Source: an uncultured virus (IMG/VR IMGVR_UViG_3300024279_000006)
Taxonomy: Duplodnaviria > Heunggongvirae > Uroviricota > Caudoviricetes
Strand: one strand, 5' to 3'
Virus record (IMG/VR): IMGVR_UViG_3300024279_000006
Coordinates: 1 to 64,000 of that record
Length of the DNA: 64,000 nt
Shown here: one piece after another, positions 29,116 to 38,200 of the stretch
Layout of the letters: each line of letters opens with the position of its first letter
Position numbering within the stretch: the stretch's first letter is position 1
Position numbers and translations under genes: made by a program
The notes under the pieces: model-generated
Told to the model about the DNA's origin: nothing
Seen by the model: only the letters and a program-made list of their open reading frames with translations
Databases searched by the model: none

Positions 29116-29655
29116 ATGGGAGCACCAAAAGGAAGCCTCGGTCCACTTACTCACGGCCATGCTAGGAAAGGTCGACGAACTACAGAGTACTCCGCTTGGA
29201 GAAACATGCTTACCAGATGCTTCAACGTTAAAGGCGAGAAATATCCTTCGTACGGAGGAAGGGGCATCACTGTTTGCAAGCGGTGGATGCGGTTTGAGAA
29301 TTTTATTAAGGACTTGGGACCAAAGCCAAATGGTTTAACGCTCGACCGAATCAACAACGACGGGAATTATGAACCTGGGAATTGCCGGTGGGCGACACCA
29401 TCTCAACAAGCCCTTAATAGAAGGCTTACTCAATCATTCAGAGAAGCGCAGTCCATGTACAAGCCGTCTTCTCTCTCAAAGCGAAGTGGTCTTCCAAAAG
29501 GTGTTTGCTTTGTCAAAGGGAAGTACGTTGCCCGTGTGACCATTCTAGGCACAGGGATTGGCGGTGAGAGATCAAAAATTAGACATCTCGGGACGTTCGC
29601 TACAGCACATTTAGCTGCACAAGCCGTCAGGAGTGCGGAATGCAAAAAGAATTAG
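29116..29655 (+). CDS. HNH homing endonuclease with AP2-like C-terminus
   Basis: YGGRGI...LDRINNDGNYEPGNCRWAT; SGLPKGV...HLGTF. Confidence 0.85.
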   Translation: MGAPKGSLGPLTHGHARKGRRTTEYSAWRNMLTRCFNVKGEKYPSYGGRGITVCKRWMRFENFIKDLGPKPNGLTLDRINNDGNYEPGNCRWATPSQQALNRRLTQSFREAQSMYKPSSLSKRSGLPKGVCFVKGKYVARVTILGTGIGGERSKIRHLGTFATAHLAAQAVRSAECKKN

Positions 29656-30608
29656 TCGTCCTGCCAACTTTTAACAGGAACGAACTTTTATTTTGTTGCC
29701 TTAGACGGATTCGTGAATCAGACCAGACCATTCCCGTATGGATATTTCCAGACAGGGGAACATGGAGAAATACTGAACTCCAAAGCATCGCAGAGCGATT
29801 TTCTGCGAAACTAGTACACGTACCGGACCACTCACATTACGGCAATAGTTGGAACGCCGGAGAAGCTCTTCGGCTCGCTTATCAATTTGAGTTTGACTTG
29901 ATTCATTATGTAGAGGATGACACCTTCGTCAAGCCGGATTTTTTCAAGTGGACGCGCAAACAACACGGCAATTTCAACGACATATTCTGTTCGGCGGGAT
30001 GGGTGTTCAATCTTCACTCCCCGTTGGATTCAGGAGACTACTTCGTTCCGTGGCTTTACATCCCACAGTTCTCGATCAAGAGGGACAAACTTGCTCTCAT
30101 CTATGAGCATCTTGGGCCGAAATATTACACTCAGATGCAGGACTACATCGAAAAGCATTTCAAGGGAAACGTGCTGAACAAGATGTATACGGACATCCTG
30201 CACTTTGAGATCGACGGTCTTATTCAGAGGATTATCTTTGAGGACAAGTCTCAGGTGTTATGGCCGTCAATCGCCAAAGTCGAGCATATGGGGTTTGGTG
30301 GGTACAACCGCGGCGGGTACGAACGGTACGAAGAGTTTTTCTCTGACTTTTCTGCAAACACATTGACTGCGCGCGTCGAGGCCATCGAGTCAGTGTTTGA
30401 GGATGTCCATTGGAGAGCGAACGTCTTTGGAAAATCAATTGTTGAAAGAGAGATAGGCGCGGAGTTGGTGAAGCGGGAGTTTGTCTATCGGATAGAACTT
30501 CCGGGTGGCTGGACCTCTGAATACAAGTCCGACCTCAGAAAGGCTTTACTGCCGCGCCGTATAAATTCCGTAAACCTGCCTCATAAAGCGGAAATCGTGT
30601 TAGCATAA
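29640..30608 (+). CDS. GT-A glycosyltransferase
   Basis: VVLPTFNR...YVEDD...PSIAKVEHMG. Confidence 0.75.
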   Translation: MQKELVVLPTFNRNELLFCCLRRIRESDQTIPVWIFPDRGTWRNTELQSIAERFSAKLVHVPDHSHYGNSWNAGEALRLAYQFEFDLIHYVEDDTFVKPDFFKWTRKQHGNFNDIFCSAGWVFNLHSPLDSGDYFVPWLYIPQFSIKRDKLALIYEHLGPKYYTQMQDYIEKHFKGNVLNKMYTDILHFEIDGLIQRIIFEDKSQVLWPSIAKVEHMGFGGYNRGGYERYEEFFSDFSANTLTARVEAIESVFEDVHWRANVFGKSIVEREIGAELVKREFVYRIELPGGWTSEYKSDLRKALLPRRINSVNLPHKAEIVLA

Positions 30609-30663
30609 CCCCAATCTCGGAAATCGGGCTGAGAGTGATTCTCCATTTAGGAGACAGTCCGAT

Positions 30664-31341
30664 ATGCCGCCATACAGTTCCAATCAAGGCAATAATACGC
30701 CCGTCGCTTTGCTCCAACCTGGGGTAAACGGCTATGCCTTTGGTTCTTTTCCTGCTAGTTCACCAGTTCTGCGCGGCTCCATTACTCGCGCTGGTGTCTC
30801 TTCAAACGTTGGCGTGATCGAGTTCCAACTCCTTGAGGGGAATGTCCCGTCGGTTGGAGATTTAATCAGTGTAAGCGGTGCGTCACTTTCATATCTGAAC
30901 GTCACAAGCGTTCCCCTCGCCGTGGTTCTCGTTTCCGATCCGTTGACCGGACTCTTCTTGGTTGACTTCGCGCTTGTCCATGCCGATGTTACCTTTGCGG
31001 CCGCTTCAGGGATGATCTCCATTGTTCCAGGTGAGGCAGGAGAGACTTTGGCGGCCGGTTCAAGCCAAGCCTTTGCTATCCCGGACGAAGCTGGATACAA
31101 CGAGAACGGCAAGACAATTACCTGGAGCACACACTATCCGGCTCCTCCATCTCTTGTGACCATGACGCTGCAAGCTGCGATGGTGAACGAGGATAGCCAG
31201 TATGTCACTCTCGACACCAGTACCAATACCTCTGGCGAAATTCGCTCACTGACACTGCGCCTTTATCGGTTTTTGCGTGTCACTGCATCTGGCATCTCCG
31301 GCGGAACAAATCCAAGTGCGGTTGTGCGACTCTCGATCTGA
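30664..31341 (+). CDS. Hypothetical structural protein
   Basis: 225 aa beta-rich, C-terminal YRFLRV motif; TGTTAGCAT extended -10 at 30598 and AGGAG SD. Confidence 0.55.
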   Translation: MPPYSSNQGNNTPVALLQPGVNGYAFGSFPASSPVLRGSITRAGVSSNVGVIEFQLLEGNVPSVGDLISVSGASLSYLNVTSVPLAVVLVSDPLTGLFLVDFALVHADVTFAAASGMISIVPGEAGETLAAGSSQAFAIPDEAGYNENGKTITWSTHYPAPPSLVTMTLQAAMVNEDSQYVTLDTSTNTSGEIRSLTLRLYRFLRVTASGISGGTNPSAVVRLSI

Positions 31342-31343
31342 GG

Positions 31344-34067
31344 ATGACGATGAAACGAAAAATTCTGTTTTTGCTCCTGCTATTGTGCGGGGCCATTCCT
31401 GCGTTTGCGCAGCATCGTATGCCTGTCGGAACGATGATGAGCGCCAGCGGCAAGACCATCTATGCGGATTACTCAGCGCGGGAACTTTCCAAGCCGGAAC
31501 CACAGGCCATCTCCATCACGCAAGAAGTAGTCGTGGATTATCAGTGCGTACCGAATCCCGGAAATCCATCTTCGGGCAACGTGCGGCTGTATTGCGACTC
31601 TGGAACCGGACAACTAACGTGCCTCACTTCTACAGGAGCATCTTGTCTTTCCGGCGGTGGTGGCGGCGGCGCGACTGTCTCAAGCGTTGGCCTCGCGGCT
31701 CCGACAGGGATTCAGGTATCAGGGAGTCCGGTCACAACGTCCGGCACGCTGAGTTGGGCCATGCCTTCGGGTTGGATTCTTGGAGACCTTTTAGCAGGGA
31801 ATGGAAGTAATTCGGTAGCGCGAGTGGCAGCGCCGACGACGCCCGATGACGTAGGCCAAGTTTTCGTATCGACACCCCTTTCTGGCGTTGGACAGATAGG
31901 CGCATTTGCGCTTCCGGGCCTCGGTGGGCGCGTAGTGTCGTCATGTCCCGACACCATTCTTTCAACCGACCGGAAACCGTCAACGATTGAATACCAGAAC
32001 ACGGCCGCGTGCGCCGTGACTGTTCCAGATCCAGCCAGTGCAGGTTTTACGGCTAGTCCTGCTTTCGTCACGATCGCGGAAGGCACTGCATCCGTGACCT
32101 TCACGGCGCAGACCTCGGCAGTTATGGAAGTCTGCAACGGCTCTCTTTGTGACCCTGGACAGTCCGCGGTAACGCTCTTGCCTGGGCAATATGCTTCATG
32201 GTCATCGCCAGGGACTTCCAATTGGCTTGTGCGCCTCGGCACTGCTGGAACTTCTGCTCTCCCAATTTTCAACAATCAGCTCATTTCTGGTGGTGGCGTG
32301 GTCTGGACCGGCGGCCTAAATTTCACGGTTGGCGCCGCAATTTACAGCATCGCCAGCACGCAGTATTCTTCGCCACAGACCAACGTCACTCTTGCGGCGG
32401 CCGACCCGACCAACCCACGGATCGACGTGATCGCTGTGAACACGTCTGGTGCGGCGGTGGTCATTACCGGGACGCCGGCTGGAAGCCCTTCGGCTCCTAC
32501 GGTGGACCCGACAAGCCAACTCGCGCTGACTTTCGTGACGGTGGCCGCGAACGCCACGACTCCGACACTCAGCAGTATTTTGGTGTACGACGAAAATTCC
32601 ACACCTCCGACCGAATGGACTTGCACGCCTTCCTCGAATTTCAATTGCAACTCGACCAACAATCCGTATCACTCGACGCACGACATTGAGGCGACCACGG
32701 CGGTAGCGGGAAACAACGTGGTGTTGGTCAACAACGCGACGATCAACCCGTCCTCGTACACCACTTTCTCTTTCAATATCCGCAACAAGGCTTCGTGGCC
32801 GAACCAGAAATCCCTTTCGATTTGTTTCAAGAACGGCTCCACGACGGTAGGAGTCTGCCTCGGTTTTAAGAATGGCGTGTTTGGATACAACCAGGCCAAC
32901 ATCACCGGATACCAGCAGATTGTCGTTCCGCTTTCGCAATTCCAGCTTGGCTCGACTTCCGTGGACCGCGTGAGTTTCACGGTCACGGGCGGCGGCGGCT
33001 CCATCGGCTTCTATCTGGACTACATGCAGATTCAGAGCGCGCTGAGTGGGGCGGGTTCGTCAGTTTTCCAGCTTCAAGTCAACGGAGCCAACTCGCAGCC
33101 GACCGCAACGCTTAACAACAGCGCAAGCGTGACATTTGCTCAGTCAGTACAAAACGGAGTGAGTTCAATTACGGCCACTGCCATCGGCGCTCCACCATCC
33201 GGTGCGGCGGGCGGCGCGCTGGCCGGAACTTTTCCCAATCCCACTTTGGCGAATGGAACTTCCTGCACCAACCAGGTCGTTACGGCAATCAACCAGAGCA
33301 CGGCGGCTGGCACTTGCTCAAGCGTCGCAAACGCGATGCTTACCAATCCCGCGACCACCGTGAACGGCCAAACCTGCACGCTCGGTTCTAGCTGCAACGT
33401 AAACACGGGAGCCACGGCGCACAGTGTGGCTATCAACCAGGGCAACGGAGCGGCACAAACAGGTGTTGGGGCTGGAACTACAGGCCAATTCCTGCGAGCC
33501 GCGACGGGGGCCGACCCGACGTATAGCGATTTCCCGGATGTAAAATTTATCCCGGCAGCGAATTGCAACAACGCGACCGCAGGAAACGGGTGGGCCATCG
33601 GCTCGGGCGGGACAGTTACTTGCCGTGCGGGAACGAACAACCTCGGCGGCTATGTTTCGATCACCGACACCTCTTCCACGTTCGCCACGTTCCAGATCGC
33701 CATCCCTGAGGATTGGGACACGGCTTCCAACCCGTACATTCGCTTCCATTTGGCGTCCACCGACGCCACCAACGGCCACACTGTCATTCCTTCGATCCAG
33801 GTGGCTTGCTACAAAGGCGACGGCTCTACGACCGACGACGTGGCCGCGAACGCAGCGCACTCGCTCTCGACAGTGACGCTAAACGGAAACGCAAATCGGT
33901 TCTGGTCTTCGGCGAACGTGCAGATGAACTCAACCGACGTAACCGGATGCGTGGCTGGCGCACTGATGCAGGTCACGGTGGGCCGTGCTACCGACACTGC
34001 CACCAACGCCGAATTTTACGGAGCAACGATCACCTTCCCACGGCTCTTGACGGTGCAGGCAAACTAG
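31344..34067 (+). CDS. Signal-peptide-bearing, Cys-rich tail-fibre-like protein
   Basis: KRKILFLLLLLCGAIPAFA|Q; fibre motifs GSPVTTSGTL, ADPTNPRIDVI, GGALAGTFPNPTL. Confidence 0.7.
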   Translation: MTMKRKILFLLLLLCGAIPAFAQHRMPVGTMMSASGKTIYADYSARELSKPEPQAISITQEVVVDYQCVPNPGNPSSGNVRLYCDSGTGQLTCLTSTGASCLSGGGGGGATVSSVGLAAPTGIQVSGSPVTTSGTLSWAMPSGWILGDLLAGNGSNSVARVAAPTTPDDVGQVFVSTPLSGVGQIGAFALPGLGGRVVSSCPDTILSTDRKPSTIEYQNTAACAVTVPDPASAGFTASPAFVTIAEGTASVTFTAQTSAVMEVCNGSLCDPGQSAVTLLPGQYASWSSPGTSNWLVRLGTAGTSALPIFNNQLISGGGVVWTGGLNFTVGAAIYSIASTQYSSPQTNVTLAAADPTNPRIDVIAVNTSGAAVVITGTPAGSPSAPTVDPTSQLALTFVTVAANATTPTLSSILVYDENSTPPTEWTCTPSSNFNCNSTNNPYHSTHDIEATTAVAGNNVVLVNNATINPSSYTTFSFNIRNKASWPNQKSLSICFKNGSTTVGVCLGFKNGVFGYNQANITGYQQIVVPLSQFQLGSTSVDRVSFTVTGGGGSIGFYLDYMQIQSALSGAGSSVFQLQVNGANSQPTATLNNSASVTFAQSVQNGVSSITATAIGAPPSGAAGGALAGTFPNPTLANGTSCTNQVVTAINQSTAAGTCSSVANAMLTNPATTVNGQTCTLGSSCNVNTGATAHSVAINQGNGAAQTGVGAGTTGQFLRAATGADPTYSDFPDVKFIPAANCNNATAGNGWAIGSGGTVTCRAGTNNLGGYVSITDTSSTFATFQIAIPEDWDTASNPYIRFHLASTDATNGHTVIPSIQVACYKGDGSTTDDVAANAAHSLSTVTLNGNANRFWSSANVQMNSTDVTGCVAGALMQVTVGRATDTATNAEFYGATITFPRLLTVQAN

Positions 34068-35246
34068 ATGATGAAACGGATTCTTTGGCTGCTCTACATC
34101 CTGTTGACGCTGGCTCCATTGGCGTTTTCGCAGAATGGATTCTCCGCGCACGTCGCGGTCACTTACGACCACACCCAGGTTCCGAATACTGACCAGACCA
34201 ATTTTCCCGTGGCGGTAGTCACGACGCAGACTGCTTTCAAAACAACGGGGAATGGCGGCAAGGCGACCAGTTCCAGCGGGTTTGACATCATCCCGTACAG
34301 CGACGTTGGCTGCACTTCGATCCTAACTTTTGAGTGGGTGACGCAAAGCTATGGCGCATCAACTGGCGCGATTGAGATGCACGTGGTCATCGGGACCGTT
34401 TCGCATACAGCGGACGGAACGTTTTATTTGTGTGTCGGGAAAAGTTCCATCACCACAAACCAGAGTTCGCTGACTTGGAGTGGCTATTCGCTAGTAGACC
34501 ATCTCAGTGATACCGGAGCTTCTGGCACGTTCAACGATTCCAGTTCTCAGGGAAACAGCATGAGCGGTATTTTCGGCGGAATGTCTGACGGCGCTGGTGT
34601 GATGGGGCGCGGTGCGGTCGGTTCAGGGACAGGGGGAATCTCGAAAACTTCTCCAACAGGATTGCCAACAGGTAACGGTGCTCGTTCGGCGTCTGTTTGG
34701 TTCAAGTTTAGCTCGACCTCAGGAAATCAGGCTCTTTTAGGGTTCGGTACAAATGCTTCTACTCAACGGTTTATGTTAGGTTGGAGTGGAACATTCTTAT
34801 CTCTTCAGAATGATATTGGTGGTACTGGTTGGGGAACAACTACTTGTTGTAACGATACGACGACGTGGCATCAGTTTGTGTGGACTTTTCCTGCTTCGGG
34901 AAATTTGAATCAATCCGTCTTGTATGTTGACGGGGCGCTTAACTCAAATCCTGGCTCGCCTTCTTCGTCTGTAAACACGGTCATCGGTGGGCTGATGTCA
35001 TCGCAGTTGTGTTGCGGTGGCGCGTCGTCCTTCGCTTTTACCGGCACATTGGATGAATTAAGGATTACCTCGGCTGTTCTAACAGCCGATTGGATAGCAA
35101 CCGAATACAACAACCAAAAGTCCAGTTCGACCTTCCTGACGTTTGGTTCCGTAGTCAACAATGGCTACATGATGCCGTTCGTGGCTGATGTGGAACTCCC
35201 GATCTGGACTCCCCGGATTCTTTTTCCTCTTCTGGTGCAAAGGTAA
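34068..35246 (+). CDS. Secreted DUF2341-like + LamG/ConA-like protein
   Basis: Signal peptide AFS|Q; NFPVAV; WHQFV...LYVDG...GTLDELRI...WIATEYNNQ. Confidence 0.75.
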   Translation: MMKRILWLLYILLTLAPLAFSQNGFSAHVAVTYDHTQVPNTDQTNFPVAVVTTQTAFKTTGNGGKATSSSGFDIIPYSDVGCTSILTFEWVTQSYGASTGAIEMHVVIGTVSHTADGTFYLCVGKSSITTNQSSLTWSGYSLVDHLSDTGASGTFNDSSSQGNSMSGIFGGMSDGAGVMGRGAVGSGTGGISKTSPTGLPTGNGARSASVWFKFSSTSGNQALLGFGTNASTQRFMLGWSGTFLSLQNDIGGTGWGTTTCCNDTTTWHQFVWTFPASGNLNQSVLYVDGALNSNPGSPSSSVNTVIGGLMSSQLCCGGASSFAFTGTLDELRITSAVLTADWIATEYNNQKSSSTFLTFGSVVNNGYMMPFVADVELPIWTPRILFPLLVQR

Positions 35247-35249
35247 ACC

Positions 35250-38200
35250 GTGAAACGACTACTGCATCTCGCTCTGGTTCCCTTGCTGTTGATTTTGGCT
35301 CCGTCTGCATGGTCTGCCACGTATTACATTTCTTCGGCCGGCAGCGACAGCAACGCCGGAACGTCCACCGGGACCGCATGGGCGCACGCTCCGTACATGA
35401 CGGGCGCGACTGGAAACCCTCTCGCTTACGTCTGTCACGCCGGAGACACTTTTATCCTTCGCGGCGGCGAGACCTGGACGACTGCAAGCCTGCCGTGGAC
35501 GTGGAACTGCTCAGGCACGGTCGGGAATGTGAACCTGGTCGGCGGCGACGGAAGCTGGTACAACGCGACGAACTGTTCCAACGCGGGCTATAGCGGCTAC
35601 TGCCGGCCAATTCTCGACGCGGGCGGAAAGTCCACCACTTGTGTTTTCAACGCTGGTGGAACCTTCAGCGCGATTCTCTCAAACGGCTATCCAAACTATG
35701 TTGAGTTTCGCTACTTGGAATTTACCGGGGGCTGCACGGCATCGAGCGGGAACACGTCCGCTTATTATCTGTTCGCCGGCAACTCCGCGAACCACGTCTC
35801 GATCCACGACAACTATTTCCACGGCTGGAACTCGGTAGGCACCAGGTCTGCTTTCAACTGCTTTGCTGGCCCGACCGGATCAGGCTCCGACGCGGTTGCC
35901 TACAATAACGTGGTCGATGGGACGGTGGACGGCGAGACTGACGGCGCCATGAATTGTTCGATGAACGGCGCCTGGTCGGAGTTCCACCACAACTACGCCT
36001 CAAATCAGGCCGATTTCATCAACACGAATTACATCAAGTCGTTCCATCACAACACCTTCAAGCTGTTCACCTCGGCTCACGATACCAGTGAGCACGGGAA
36101 TATGTTTGAGAACAATTCCAGCTCCCCGACCGGAAGCCTCGTCTATAACAACGTTTTCATCCCGCACAATCCGGTCATCGCCACCAACGCCATCGTGATG
36201 TGGAACGCTCCGCAACTCGGCCAGACCGACTACGTTTTCAACAACGTCATTTACGACGTTCCCCAGGCCGGCGACAACACCCTGATGTGCGAGAAGTCTC
36301 TGGTTAATCCGGGCGGCTCTTGCGTGTTTTTCAATAACACAATTCAGTGCGGCACTGACGCTTCGGCGACCAAAATATGCGGCTCACAGGATTTGCAGGT
36401 AAGCGGGACGACCAAAGCGGAAAACAATCACTTTATTACGTCGGTAGCAAGTTGCGCGACCGCGGCAATCTCCGTCCACAGCGGCAACGCTATCAACTAC
36501 GTCACAAATACCTGCATGACTCCAGCGACGGCGACATCGCAAGGATACACCAGCGCAGAGACCTACGCTTTTTCTCCAACCTCGATTACCAACTCGACGG
36601 TGGGCGCTGGAACGAATTTCAATTGCTCCACGATTCCCGATGCCTCGGCTGCTACGGCTTGCCAGTCAGATACGAGTTATGGTGTCGGCTACGACGCCAC
36701 AAACCACGTGGTCACGAATCCCAAGACTCCATCCGCGCGCCCGACGAGTGGCGCATGGGATACCGGAGCGTATGAATTTACTGGCGCGGCCGCTCCGCTG
36801 CTTTCGTTCAGTCCAAGTCCTGCGGCCTTCGGCAATCAACTGGTGGCAAGCACTAGCGGTCCGCTGACCATTACTGTTTCAAATATCGGCACTGCTTCAC
36901 AGATTCTATCGACTCCGTTTTTCACCATCGGCGGAACCAACCCGACCAACTTTGCGAACGCTGGCACAGGTACTTGCGTAAACGGCGGGACAATTCCGGC
37001 GAGTGCCTCTTGCACGATCAAGCTGACTTTCACGCCGTCAACTACTGGTGCGCGGTCGGCAACTCTCACAATCAACGGAACGGTGTTTGGCACCGACGCT
37101 TTGACTGGCACCGGCACACAGCCGGCGCTTTCGTTCTCGCCTAGCCCAGGCGCGTTCGGCAATCAGAACGTGAGCACTACCAGTTCACCGCTGACCATCA
37201 CCGTATCCAATACCGGGACCGCCTCTCAGGTGCTCTCTACCCCGTATTTCACGATCACCGGGACGAACGCCTCAAACTTCGCCAACGCCGGCACCGGGAG
37301 CTGCGCGAATGGTGGAACCATTGCGGCCAGTTCATCTTGCACGGTGAATTTGACCTTTACCCCTTCGGCGCTTGGGGCGCGCGCTGCCACGCTGACGATC
37401 AATGGGACGGTAAGCGGTACGGATTCCTTGACGGGTACGGGCTTGCAGGCTCAGGTTTCACTCAGCCCGACCAGCATCGCATTTGGCAACCAGGCTACCG
37501 GAACTTCCAGCGGCAACCGCCTGGTGACGCTGACGAACCCGGGCAACGCTACGTTGACGATCGCCAGCATTACGCTCACCGGAGCCAACGCCGCGGAGTT
37601 CTCGACCAACGGAAGCACTTGCAGTTCAACCCTTGCGGCTCTGGCGTCCTGCTCGATTAACGTGGTCTTCTCGCCCACGACTGCCACGGCCAAAAATGCG
37701 AATCTGACCTTCGCCACCAGCGCATCGACCAGCCCGGACAACGTTGCTTTGACTGGTACGGGTGTCACACCAGCAACCCCGGCTTTGAGCTTCTCACCAT
37801 CGCCGGCGGCCTTCGGAAACCAGCGGACGGCCACCACCAGCGCGCCATTGACCATCACGGTCACAAACACCGGGAACGCATCGGAAATCCTCTCCACGCC
37901 TTATTTCACGCTGTCCGGGCCTAACTCCACGTCCTTCGCCAACCCAGGGACGGGAACGTGCGCCAACGGCGGCACAATTGCGGCCAGTGGCACCTGTACG
38001 ATCAACCTGACATTTACCCCGTCCACCACTGGCGCCCTAAATGCCATTTTGACCGTGAACGGGACGGTGAGTGCGCAGGATCTTCTGACCGGAACCGGGG
38101 TCACGCCGGTTATCAGCATGTCACCGTCGCCGGCGGCGTTCGGGAACCAAAGCGTGAGCACCACCAGTTCGCCGTTGACAGTGACAGTCTCCAATACTGG

